A stretch of 64,000 nt of DNA from Octopus vulgaris (GCA_951406725.2 OX597834.1:36890001-36954000), one strand, 5' to 3'; positions 1 to 12,682 are shown, counted from the stretch's first letter. Made by a program: numbers and translations. Notes: a model not told the origin generated them from the sequence alone.

Positions 1-311
1 ATGACTTTCTATTGTCTCCAGACATAGTGTTGCATGCTTAACTTTCCATACACACCACTATCGCTGAACCAAAACAATGGAATCCTACACTTCATAGCGT
101 GCTGCTATCTTAGCTCGCTCCTGAACAGTCAAGCGACCCGTCGCGAATTGTTTTCCCACGAGAGTTCCGGACCCCAGTTATGAACTCATTTGCATACAGC
201 CAACCAGAGCTCAACAATCAAACTAGTGTCCACCTAGTCCCGAAAATACTCTGGTTGAGTTCAGTGGAAAATGTGCGTTATAGCAAAATCGAACTGTTCT
301 AAAGGGGTTAA
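1..311 (-). mobile_element. Decayed Tc1/mariner-superfamily DNA transposon 5' end with DUF4817-like N-terminal helix-turn-helix; truncated by window start
   Basis: Minus strand 1-132 reads LTVQERAKIAARYEV*DSIVLVQR*WCVWKVKHATLCLETIESH, with stops at probable Trp positions. This resembles the N-terminal HTH (DUF4817-like) of invertebrate Tc1/mariner transposases. Putative terminus TTAACCCCTTT (revcomp of 301-311). Confidence 0.55.
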
Positions 312-627
312 GAGGGGAGACAAAGTGAAATTTAGTGTATAAAGTGAATGGAGAGTTGCTCACCGATGATGCCATAAGTGTTGCCAATTTGCGTAATTTG
401 CTAGAAAATGTAAATGAGTTTAGTTTCCTAATTTTTTGACTGATTCTGTATATTCCTAATTAGAAATGTTGATGTTGATCTGGAAACATTGCAATCAATA
501 TGGCGTTGTGTCGTATTGCGTCCTCCTTGCATATATCAATGGCTACAGGCAGTATCACTAATCTCAGTGGAATTGTGGAATAAATTCTCTCTCTCTCTCT
601 CTCTCTCTCTTTCTTGCTTGCTTGCTC

Positions 628-840
628 CCCTTGTCCACACAGTTGGTAAAATTGAGAGATACCTGTAATTCAAAGGGGCCAGCCTTCTCACATTCTGTGT
701 CACGCTGAATGTACCTGAAAACTATATTAAGGGTATGCGTTTCTGAGGAGTACTCAGCCACTTGTACAGTAATTTCACCAGTAGTTTGTTTCATTGATTG
801 GCTCAAATGGAACCCGCGTCGTCGTTACCGACGGAGGCCC
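628..840 (+). mobile_element. SINE-like interspersed repeat fragment
   Basis: Non-simple sequence (ttcaaaggggccagccttctcacattctgtgtcacgctgaat...tactcagccacttg...gtcgtcgttaccgacggag) that I recall as a cephalopod SINE body. Single copy in this window, so not confirmed internally. Confidence 0.35.
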
Positions 841-1169
841 AGTTTTATACGACAGTTGGATAGGTTTCATCGTTTGTCTTAGAAGTTGTAACGATGTACT
901 CAAGTTGGGTGGGAAAACGTAAATCACGGGGAGAGAGAGATGGGAGTGGAGAGATGTTTGTAGGAGAAGAATAAACATTGGTTTGGCGCCCAATTCCTCG
1001 ATTTCAAATAATAATTGGGCAATAACACGAAATATAGAATAAAGGGTGATAAAATATGAAACAAGCACAAGAAAAATATATACAAATGGTGGGGAGGGAG
1101 GGAGGGAGGGAGGGAGGGAGGGAGGGAGAAAAAGACCATAAATAAATATACTGATACATAGATACATAA

Positions 1170-1216
<47 letters not shown>

Positions 1217-1566
1217 CCTGTGTGTGTGAGTTAGTGTGCGCATGTGTGGGTGAAGGGAGAGAAAGAGGGATACAGACAAAATGTGTGTGTGGTGTGCTGT
1301 GTGTGTGTGTATGTGTGTGTATTTTATATTAGACGGAAAGCAAGTAAGCATATAAAAATAATATATATGTAGATTATAAGATATGCAAAGACGAATGATA
1401 CTGGTCTATATAATTAATCGGTATATAATAGCTAAAATATATACGTATATATATATATATATATATATATTTGTGTATATATATTGATATATATATATGT
1501 ATATATATTCATATATATATATTTGTTATATATATATATATATATATTTACATACATATATATATA

Positions 1567-1612
<46 letters not shown>

Positions 1613-1907
1613 AAATATATTTGACTTTATAGTATCTTCAACAATATGTTAGGAGAAGAAAGACGTCTGCTCTGATGATTTTTATTAGTGTTTTACCGAT
1701 GTTTATTATTATTGTTGGTGTTATTGTTGTTGTTGGTTTTTGTTGTTACCTTTTTGTTATTATAAAAGAAATCGCTACCGCCATTATAAACATCGCTCCC
1801 ATCAGCAGCAACCATTCCGTTTTATGTAAATCCCCCCCCCCACTCCACAATCTACTAGTGTCCTTGTACTGTCCCCCTCGTCCGTTGCCCTCGTGGCTAA
1901 GAAAAAT

Positions 1908-1939
<32 letters not shown>

Positions 1940-1961
1940 TATAATAATAATAATAATAATA

Positions 1962-2027
<66 letters not shown>

Positions 2028-2728
2028 GCGACTATTACTATTGCTCTCGTTATTGTTATTGTTGTAAATAATAATAATAATAATAATCATAATAGTAATA
2101 ATAATAATAATGGCTTCTAGGTAATAATGATCGTCCCTTTATTGCTGCCGATAATAAAGATGATGATGATGATGATGATGGCGGTAATAATCGTTATCGC
2201 CCTCATCATCATCATTAATATATTTCCGTTTGTTGGCTATCGCTGCGAATGATCTTCATTCGTATGTAGATATCAGTTTACCGGCAACAAGGACAACCAA
2301 TATTAGTGTAAAGAGGGAGAGGTGAAAGGGAGAGAGTGAAAGAGAGAGAGAGAGAGAGAGATAGAGAGAGAAGGGAAGAGGGTGAGAGCGAAGGAGGGGA
2401 GAGGAAGAGAAGGAAGATAAGCATGGAAGGGTTAAGGGTAATGATGAGGACGTGGTAGTGGTGGTGGTGGTGGTGGTGGTGATGATGGGTGCATTCGTAA
2501 CTTGGGTGGTAGAACAACTAATTGCCGGGTGGTAGACCTAACGCGTTGCCTGGTACAACACCCTTAATAAATGGTGATTCTCGGGTAGCTTTTAGTGGAG
2601 TCCCATTACGAGTATATTGGAACTCTTCAGACCATCAACCATTTTTTGGCCTATGGACCCCTTTCATTCCTATTTTGCTGAATTGGAACCTCTTAAACAT
2701 TTAATGTTCAAAAAAATCCTCTCGTAAA

Positions 2729-3330
2729 GGCGGCGAGCTGGTAGAATCATTAGCACGCCGAGCGAAATGCTTAGCGGTATTTCGTCTGCCGTTACGTTGT
2801 GAGTTCAAATTCCGCCGAGGTCGACTTTGCCTTTCATCGTTTCGCGGTCGATAAAATAAGTACCAGTTACGCACTGGGGTCGATATAACCGACTTAATCC
2901 GTTTGTCTGTCCTTGTTTGTCCTCTCTGTGCTTAGTCCCTTGTGGGGAGTAAAGAAATAGGTATTTCGTCTGCCGTTACGTTCTGAGTTCAAATTCTGCC
3001 AAGGTCAACTTTACCTTTCATTCTTTCGGGGTCTATAAATTAAGTACCAATCACGCACTGGGGTTGATATAATCGACTTAATCCCTTTGTCTGTCCTTGC
3101 TTGTCCCCTCTATGTTTAGCCCCTTGTGGGCAATAAAGAAATAAGAAACGTTAGCATGCCGGGCCAAATGCTTAGCTGTATTTCGTCTGTCTTTACGTTC
3201 TGAGTTCAGATTCCGCTGAGGTCGACTTTGCCTTTCATCCTTTCGGGGTCGATAAATTAAGTACCAGTTGCATACTGGGATCGATTTAAACGACCTAAAA
3301 CTTTCAGGCCTTGTGCCTAGAATAGAAAAG
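2729..3330 (+). mobile_element. Trimeric tRNA-derived SINE with Meta-domain-like core
   Basis: Head ggcggcgagctggtagaatcattagc (A-box-like), B-box-like gagttcaaattc, and core gactttgcctttcatcctttcggggtcgataaattaagtacca resembling the Meta domain. Three ~185-bp units. The same family recurs many times in the window. Confidence 0.85.
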
Positions 3331-3739
3331 TATTTATTGAAAAAAAGAGCTACGCTTCTTTCTGTAATGTTTTACATCTTTTAACATTTGTTCTGGCATG
3401 TTCTCCCAGAGAGTTCTATTGCAAAACTATACAAGAGAACGTATGAAACCACATTGAAGATAGAAATTTTGAAAGAAGTATCTATAAAACAAGGGTTTAA
3501 ACATTGAATGGCTATTGGAGGTCCACCAGAATATAAAAAGTGACCGTAGTTACAAACATTGTTACTTGTCCACCGTGATCAACGATGATTTTGAACCTGG
3601 AATAATATGATTGCGAATCGAACTTCTCAACCACATATCCATACTTACATCTATCTAACCAGAACATAAAACTCAACCCGAAACATTAGACGTCTCGTGT
3701 CCTCACGATCATGGCATGAGCTTCAAAATATATATCAGT

Positions 3740-4398
3740 TACCAAATTTGCAGGCGTAGAAGACGCACGTTATTTTACTTTTAGATACATCAAAAAATTT
3801 CCCTGCGTCTTATGAAACCGTATCACGGACAGGAGACGCAGTGTCGTAGCCTTGAGAGCCGGATACGCTAACGTTATTAATTGTTACTAATAAAATGTAT
3901 TAAAAGCAAGTCGAAATATCCCCGTTTCTTAGCACACACAAAAATCGCTTACGGTACGTCGGCGGGGAGATTGCATCATTTCATTACACCTCTTTCCTCA
4001 GCATACATAATCAATACCTGATAATAGGTCTTATATTATTCAATGACTGTGTTACATCTAAATATTTCGCTAATTGTCGAAATGAAAAATTCTCCTAGAA
4101 AGATGAAGAGATTGTTAAACTTTCATTCGTCTATCAGTTATTTGCAATGAGTGGATGACAACAAATATATAGCGGTAGTGTAACAGCCAGAAAAAATAAT
4201 TTTACATCTTGCATGGCAATTATTTCACCAAAATATATATCATGCAGTTGAACTTGACAAGATGAAGTTATAATACGAAACTGTTACTGTGTAGTTTATT
4301 TAACATACATTTATGGTTTTCTACTTTATTCTACAATACTTTCACAATATTGCATTTGCTTGCACAAGGGTGCATTTTATAGGCCTGAAAATATGGTG
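3740..4398. mobile_element. Non-autonomous Tc2/pogo-like DNA transposon remnant
   Basis: Ends resemble CCGTA-type TIRs: taccaaatttgcaggcgtagaagacgcac at 3740 and gtgcattttataggcctgaaaatatggtg at ~4370-4398. Internal tgcgtcttat and cttacggta sub-repeats. Confidence 0.4.
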
Positions 4399-4967
4399 TG
4401 ATATTTTGAGATGTACTACGGTCTTTTTATATATAGGGAGTTATCTCTCTTGCAGGACATTGTTAACAGCGCATAACAGGAAGTTAACTGGGGAAGGATA
4501 TAAATGGTGGAGGAGTCTTTGCTGTGATGTTCGCTTTGGTACATCAAAATTTGGTCATTAATACGTGAGGCTCCTTGTGGTACCCTTTCATCTACGGACA
4601 ATATTACCGGGATAGCCGTCTAGCAGGCCCTTATTGTTTGACGCGAATACGTTCCTACAAGCACGGAAGGCATTCTCATACGGTCTTTCTTGACCAATCA
4701 CCAATGAGCCAATGTGATAAGCATTATGATGATTCTGTATTTGCAAGGCAAACTTCATTGATCTGTTTTCTTATTCTGCCCCTTTTTTTATATTTTTTCA
4801 GACTGTCAACAGCCCACAGCAATATTACTCGGAAAAATTGCATCATTTAGGAGAAATACCAAATAACTACAATCCACAAAACGGTACGATTCTTTTTGTG
4901 TTTTGACTAATCAAATGTGTACATTTATATATAAGCGTGGCTGTGTGTCAAAATATGAAATCAATAT

Positions 4968-5950
4968 AAGGTGGCAGAATCGTTAGCACGCCGGACAAAG
5001 TGCTTAACGGTATTTCGTCCCGCGCTACGTTCTGAGTTCAAATTCCACCGAGGTCGACTTTGCCTTTCATCTTTTCGAGGTCGATAAAATAAGTACCAGT
5101 TACGCACTGGGGTCGATATAATGACTTAATCCGTTTGTCTGTCCTTGTTTGTCCCTTCTGTGTTTAGCCCCTTGTGGGTAGTAAAGAAATAGGTATTTCG
5201 TCCGTCGCTACGTTCTGAGTTCAAATTCCACCGAGGTCGATTTTGCCTTTCATCCTTTCGAGGTCGATAAATTAAGTACCAGTTGCGTACTGGGTCGATC
5301 TAATCGACTAGCTCCCCCCACGTCTCCAAAGATTTCAGGCCTTGTGCCTAAAGTAGAAAAGAATCGTAGCACGCCGGAAGAAACGTTTAGCGACATTTCG
5401 TCCGTTTTCACGTTCTGCCATCAAATTCCACCGAGATCGATTTTGCATTCCACCCTGTCGATACAATAAGTACCAGTTAATGACAGGGGTCGATGTAATT
5501 ACCTTCCTCAGCCTTTTGGCCTTTTTCCAAAGAAAGGAAAGGATTATGAGGCAGGCGGGCGGCTTGGCAGATTCGCTACCGTGCTGGAAAAATGCTTAAC
5601 GGAATTCCTCCAAGCTCTACGTTCAGAGTTCAAAACCTGCCATGGTTGAGTTGGCTTTTCATCCTTTCCGGATCGATAAAATAAGTACCAGTTGAGTACT
5701 GGGGATCGATGTGATCGACTTACTCCCTTCACCGAAACTGCTGGCCTTGTGCCAAAATTTGAAATCAATATTAGAAAGCGGCGAGTCGGCTGAATCGTTA
5801 GCATGCCGGATAAATGCTTATCGGCATTCTGTCCGTATTTACGTTCTGAGATCAAATTCCGCCGAGGTCGGCTTTGCATTTTATCCTTTCGGGGTCGATC
5901 AAAATAAGTGCCAGTTACACATTGGGGTCGATGTAATCGACTTCATCCGT
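4968..5950 (+). mobile_element. Cluster of about five head-to-tail Meta-domain-like SINE units
   Basis: Repeated gttctgagttcaaattcc..gaggtcgactttgcctttcatcc..gtcgataaa..aagtaccag at ~5030, 5215, 5420, 5625 and 5845. Confidence 0.85.
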
Positions 5951-5985
5951 TTGTCTCTGCCTGTCTGTCTGTCTGTCGGTCTGTC

Positions 5986-6114
<129 letters not shown>

Positions 6115-6939
6115 CATATGTATACATACGCTATTAGGTATATATTGATGTGTTACGCCCACTCCCCACTTGCACACATGCAGGCGCTCGCCAACACATG
6201 CACACACACACACACACACACACAGTGGCAGAAAAGAACAGCCACAAAGATACGTACATATAATCACACGCACGCACGCACACTATACGTATTCAAGCAC
6301 GATTTTCCACACAAATAACACATAACACATACAAAAACATTGCTACACACTTTTAGGGAGAGAGGTAGAAGGGAGAGAGAGAGAGAGAGAGTGAGAGACA
6401 GACAGAGAGATAGATAGAAAGAAAGCGAGAAAGAGAGCAGAGAGTGTAGGAGGAGGAGGGAGAGTATTGGTTTCTTTGGCGATGTTCTTCGGAAACTCGA
6501 CAAAAAGACAACACAACAATACGCGATGTGTCAGGATTTGTTTGTGAAGGTAGATTATTTGGAATGGTTTCACAGCAGGGTTATTTGGTTAACTGGTTAT
6601 CTGGCATTCGTCTCAAGGCGAGAAGCTGTGATCAGCTTTCTATGTATGTATGTATGTATGTATGTATGTATGTATGTATGTATGTATGTATGTATGTATG
6701 TATGTATGTATGTATGTATGTATGTATGTATGTATGCATGTATGTATGTATGTATGTATGTATGTATGTATGTATCTATCTATCTGTCTATGTGTTTATT
6801 TATTTTTATGTATGTGCGTGTGTACGTGTGTGCTAATAGATAAGTATATATATATATATATGTATGTATGTATATATACGTGTCCATACATATAAGTGTA
6901 TATACCTCATATATATATTTTTGTGTGTGTGTGTTTGTG

Positions 6940-7066
<127 letters not shown>

Positions 7067-7946
7067 GTGTGTCTATATAAAGAAATCGATGAGTGGTTGG
7101 TCAAAGATGAAAGTATCCATGGCCCCCAGACAAGAGTAAAACTGCCTGCACTTCTCGGCTGAAGGAAGGCAGCGGGTTGATCCTCACGATGGTCTCGGCC
7201 GATAGCCGTATCTACCTTACATGCGACACCAGCCGTTCGGCAAAGATCTGAGAGTCAGCAATGCTCGGACATGCAGAACGGTGTCATCGCTCTGTGCGTA
7301 TCTCGAACAGACCAGTTTGACAGCACATCTCGGACTGGCTGTCCTCCACTTCCAGTAGCACTGCCCGGTCAGGAATATTTCAAAGTTATCCTTAGGTCTC
7401 GATCGGAAAATCCTCCGGAAAAGAACAGCCAGTTATTCTCCCTATAAACTCAGAGTTTCCCGATGACGACATTGTACTTATCTCCGAACAATCTTCTACA
7501 GAACGCCGATGTAAAAATTTCGGCGACCGCATTGCTCGACTGGCATCAGACTGTGAACGTTTGGTGACACTCCTGGTACCAAGTACCCTACAAAGTACCC
7601 TACAATCGTAGACCTACAAAGGTATACAATTGATCCAGGACTTCAGCTCCGTCAACAAGATGTCTTGTGGAAAATTCTTTTGATAAACGGCGACCACACT
7701 TGATTAATGTGAAGGAAACGCTGGAGATGTTGCAGCCTCAGCCAGAACATACAGAAGAGGCGATAGCGGACATAATTGGTGGGGAACATGGAGGTGACAG
7801 GCGAAAGTTGGATGCGGAGACAAAAACGTGGATGGTGATAATAATCGCGATGGTGATGATAACTATAATAGCAGTAGTAGGAGGAGTAGAAGCAACAGCA
7901 GTAACAGTGACGGTGGTGGGATTGTGGAACTGTAGTAGTAGTAGTT

Positions 7947-7988
<42 letters not shown>

Positions 7989-8018
7989 GTAGTAGTAGTA
8001 GTAGTAGTAGTGGTAGTG

Positions 8019-8049
<31 letters not shown>

Positions 8050-8535
8050 CGCTAATGGTGTTATTGATGTGGGTATTGCAACTGATGATCAGCAGCATCA
8101 TCTCTACTACCACATCCCCCACCACAACCACCACCACACCGCTCTCATCATCATCATCATCATTATCATCATCGCCATCGCCTTTTACCACTCATCATTT
8201 CATTCTTGTAAGTTTCCTTGTATGTTTTAAAAACCTTACAATATCCATTCCCAATAACGTCACCGATAATATCTTCCATCTCCGCCACGCCTCTCCTCCT
8301 CCTCCTCCTCCTCCTCCTCCTCTCCTTCTTCATCCCCTTCTTCATCTTCTTCTTCTTCTTCTTCTTCTTCTTCTTTTTCTTCTCCTTCTTCTTCTTCTTC
8401 TTTTCACCATTATATTACACCATTATCAATTATTTCGTTTCTCGCTCTCTCTTTATTTTTTAAATTATTTTCTTTATTTCTATATCTATATACGTATATT
8501 TTTTTTCATCTTTTTCTTTTCTTTTGTCCCTACAG

Positions 8536-8672
8536 GATACGAACAATTATCGTCTGGAGTATCCAGCCTGGATTGTCTATCATTGATAGTAGAGAGTATA
8601 AGTCCCACAGGTACGACGTCAATGTTAAACAGCATCAATGCTGCTGGCCAGACGACACATCCGCCATGTTGA
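8536..8672 (+). CDS. MyoD: Terminal coding exon of a MyoD/myogenic regulatory factor (SUM-1/nautilus-like) bHLH gene; upstream exons not seen in window
   Basis: Strong acceptor (tttttcttttcttttgtccctacAG, AG at 8534-8535), then phase-1 exon xYEQLSSGVSSLDCLSLIVESISPTGTTSMLNSINAAGQTTHPPC*. SSLDCLSLIVESIS matches MRF helix III (vertebrate MyoD SSLDCLSSIVERIS). Stop TGA at 8670-8672. Confidence 0.9.
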
Positions 8673-9034
8673 ATAATATCTCCTTTCGCTCTTTGCTAAA
8701 ACTGCACATTTAAACGATAAACAAAAGATGAATGACGAAGATGTTATGAAAAACAAATAAATCAATAAACAATATCAATAATAACGATAATAATGAAGAT
8801 GATAATATTAATAACTACAATTGTATTATTAATAATAACGGGAATGATTATAACAATACTAATAACCTGAGCAAGACTAAAGACAATTATGAAACTCTGG
8901 TATTGTGTAAAAGCAGACGTCACTTGTTTGCCGCATAAAAAGGAATATATATATATGTGCGTGCGTGTGGATGTGTGCGTTATATATATATATATATATA
9001 TACATATATAACACACACGCACATATATACACGC

Positions 9035-9088
<54 letters not shown>

Positions 9089-9115
9089 AATATATATACA
9101 TATATACATACATAC

Positions 9116-9151
<36 letters not shown>

Positions 9152-9259
9152 ACACATATATATATATATATACATGCATACATACATATATAACATGCAC
9201 GTATGCGCACAGGCATAGACATACACACACTCACACATACACATATACACGCATATATA

Positions 9260-9324
<65 letters not shown>

Positions 9325-9720
9325 TTTCAAAATGACTTTTGGTTTTGAAAACAAAAATATAAAAATAAAAATAAAAGGCAACAAAGGCAACAAATGAAAA
9401 AAATAAATGAATAATAAATTTAAACATAAAAGTGTGAGCCATTATTTCTCAAGACGATTCCTAAGCACCGATCTTTTTTTCTTTGTTTGTTTGTTTGTTT
9501 TTCTCATCGAACATCTACAAGTTTTTTTTGCCAATTGTGGATCAATAAATGATATCAAAAGATATGAATTGTTTTATGTATTATTTTGTGATGTAACACA
9601 CTTTTTTTTACTTATAGATTTTAAGCTTTGACAATAGCGTGGTATCGTAAAATAACATTCATTTATGTTTTGTATTCTTGAAAATAAACATGCCTACAGT
9701 AATTATCATTTATTTCGCTG
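8673..9720 (+). other. Probable MyoD 3' UTR (extent uncertain)
   Basis: Follows the stop codon. AATAAA at 8756, ~9363, 9544 and 9683; U-rich stretch 9470-9700; internal TA/CA microsatellites. Confidence 0.4.
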
Positions 9721-9725
9721 ATTAA

Positions 9726-10154
9726 GGCGGCGTGCTAGAAGAATCGTTTGCATGCCGGCCACAATAATTAGCCGCCATTTCGTCCGTTTCTACGTTCTGA
9801 GTTCAAATTTCGCCGAGGTCGACTTTGTCTTTCATCCTATGGGTGTTAATGAAATAACTACCAGTTGAAAATTGGAATCGATGTAACCAAATTTCAGGCC
9901 TCGTGCCTATAGTTGAAAGCATTATTATTATTATCATTGTTATAATTAAGGCGGCGAGCTGGCAGAATCGTTTTCACGCCGGGCGAAATGCTTAGCAGTA
10001 TGTCGTCTGTTTCTACGTTCTGAGTTCAAATTCCGCTGAGATCGACTTTGTCTTTCGAGGTCAATAAATTAAGTACCAGTGAAATACTGGGGTCGATATA
10101 ATCGACTAGTCCTCTCTCCTAAAATTTTAAGGCCTTGTATCAATAGTAGAAAGG

Positions 10155-10201
<47 letters not shown>

Positions 10202-10420
10202 GGCGGTCAGCTGGCCAGAATCGTTAACATGCCGGGCAAAATGTTTAGCGGCATTTCGCACGTCTTCGCATTCTGAGTTCAAATTTCTCCAGAGTTGACT
10301 TTGCCTTTCATTATTCTTTTGGGGCTTGATAAATTAAGTACCAGTTGCGTACTGGTGTCAATGTTATCGACTTACCCCTCCCCGAAAGTGCTGGCCTTGT
10401 GCCAAAATTTGAAACCATTC
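9726..10420 (+). mobile_element. Three Meta-domain-like SINE copies separated by (TTA)n tails
   Basis: Heads at ~9726, 9950 and 10202, each with the same B-box and core as 2729-3330. Confidence 0.85.
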
Positions 10421-10629
10421 TTATTGTTATTTACATTGTCATGGCTTTGTTTTATACGACCTTTTCTACGTCTCATTCAGAGACCTCAAGTAACAGACCA
10501 TTGGATAATACAGTTCTATATTTAAGAGATGAGGAATTACGTACATTATTTACATTATTTACATATTTACATTATGTACATAATTCCTCATGTAGAGGAA
10601 TATATAAATATTGAACTGTAAAATCACTT

Positions 10630-11160
10630 TGTGCCTGAGAATGCTGTTCGCATTTTCTCCAAAGATTTAGGAAAAGAATTCGAGCTTGAAAAGTCCGTTA
10701 TGTAACGAAGAACATTTGAAGGAAGTCTTGGAATTGAAATGCCAAATGGACAAACATTGAAATCAAGCAGAGAAAGAGCAATGGTATAAGTAATTAAAAA
10801 TACTGGAATCAGATGTAAAAAAGCACGAAGAGATGTGATGCAAAATACAAGGAAGGATTATACATGAGAAATGAGAAAAAATATTACACCGGAAGTTGAA
10901 TTTAAGAAATGTTAATTAAAGAATCAATCCAAGCAGTTAATTGATGCAAGTTATCAAAAATGGAATTGGAATTGTGGATTGGTCAAACAACGAAACACAG
11001 AAACTTGACAGGAAAATTAGAATGCTGTTGAATATATATGGACCCCACTATCCAAAAGTTGATATTATCTAGTTGTATTTGAAGAGAGACCAAGGTGAAA
11101 GCGGCTTAATTGGCGTGGAAGAGTGTGTACAGATGGACCGGCTTACATGATTATTTGTAG
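10630..11160 (+). mobile_element. Decayed R4/Dong-clade non-LTR retrotransposon RT C-terminal region
   Basis: With frameshifts: AVRIFSKDLGKEFELEK...GIEMPNGQTLK...GIGIVDWSNNETQKLDRKIRMLLNIYGPHYPKVDII*LYLKRDQGESGLIGVEECV. Matches the R4-type pattern IFS.DIGMEFGL.KC / W...EL..LDRKTRK...HP..DV.RLY..R..GGRGL. Confidence 0.8.
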
Positions 11161-11199
11161 GATATATATATCAGAATTGCATACATACATATTACTTAC

Positions 11200-12200
11200 A
11201 TAAACAGATTCAATATCATTAAATCAAATACAACTAAAATTTCTTTCACCGTTGTTGACAAACATTTCTAATTTTTTTATCTCCCAAACATGGCGTAAAA
11301 CATTTAATAGGAACAATGTTAATGCTAGTTATACCTGCAGCTGTAACGTTAGAATATGTTATTAAAGATATCAGTTCATACACAGGTAGACAGCACTATG
11401 TATTTTTGTAGAAATAAACAGTCTGACACTTCACCTACTTAATCAGCAAATATCAAACTTATAATTAGATTCACGAGTTAATGCTATTTATAGTTCTAGT
11501 AATAGGATCGGCAGCTATCACATTACATATCTTTGCATCCAGTGACTATGTATATATTGATCACGCAAGCAACCCTGCTCCAAGCAACGAAGTTAATAAG
11601 CAGCCATCCAGACTCAGATATTAAGATAAAAATCTCCGTAATTGTTAATTTGAAGAGTTATGTTCCCTCGACCGTAAATGTAATGCAAAAGTTTTAATTT
11701 ACCAAATCGAATCCACTCTTCTCTTCGGGGCCTACTATATATAGCAAATTACACATTGTTATGTATGAAGGATCTTTCAAGACTGCTTACATAAATCAAT
11801 TTCAAATTCGCCACAGCTTTATCTAACAACTTTTGGCAATTAAAGAAGTGTCTAGCATATTTTAAAATATCTTGATGGATATTAGTATTTTTGTAATAAA
11901 TAGGTTAACGCGAAGAACTGTTTGTAACAACTATAGCGAGAGACATCAATGAAATTAAATAGAAAAACTAAATAAATGAATTAAACGAGCTAATTAGGCC
12001 ACCCGCACTACTTTGAGTTACCGGATGTAGATCGCCATTACGCCCGAAGCTTAACAAGGGCAATCCCAGGTGCAGCCAACCAGAACCCCCGTAATACGAT
12101 GCCTCATTAGTACTGCATCATCTTTTCTATCAGCCACCGCCATCTGATGATTGTCTTCAGGAATGAAAGTTTCAGTAATTACGAAGATGTGACAGATTAT
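11200..12200 (+). mobile_element. Decayed Penelope-like element: RT-EN linker, GIY-YIG endonuclease region and downstream pLTR with hammerhead remnant
   Basis: FTVVDKHF...TFNRNNVNASYTCSCNV (cf. PLE LIDKHFP...IFNRNTVKVSYSCMPN), LCSLDRKCNAKVLIYQ (cf. CPL.G.C....VY.A) and ATALSNNFWQLKK (cf. T.LS.YIW.LK). CTGATGA at 12144-12150 ... GAAA at 12165 ... GTA at 12175. Confidence 0.75.
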
Positions 12201-12254
12201 GAACTATAGCAAAAGTGAACTTTCTCTTAGTACACCATCGTGACTACGCATACG

Positions 12255-12682
12255 TGTATGTATGTATGTATGTATGTATGTATGTATGTATGTATGTATG
12301 TATGTATGTATGTATGTATGTATGTATGTATGTATGTATGTATGTATGCATGCATGTATGTACGTATGTACGTATGTATGTATGTATGTATGTATGTACG
12401 TACGTATGTATGTATGCATGTATGTATGCATTTATGCATGCATGTATGTATGTATGTATGTACGTATGTATATATGTATGTATGCATGTATGTATGTATG
12501 TATGCATGCATGTATGTATGTATGTATGCATGTATGTATGTATGTATGTATGTATGCATGTATGTATGTATGTATGTATGTATGTATGTATGCATGCATG
12601 TATGTATGTATGTATGTATGTATGTATGTATGTATGTATGCATGTATGTATGTATGTATGTATGCATGCATGTATGTATGTA
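12255..12682. repeat. (TATG)n tetranucleotide microsatellite, ~430 bp
   Basis: Directly visible; source of several spurious MYVC/HTYI ORFs. Confidence 0.95.

Noticed and set aside
2255-2312. Possible internal MyoD exon after atgtAG
   Set aside because: Weak pyrimidine tract, weak donor, and no MRF-like peptide in any frame.
8010-8535. N-terminal part of ORF 8010-8672 as coding
   Set aside because: Simple repeats upstream of a strong splice acceptor; only 8536-8672 is exon-like.
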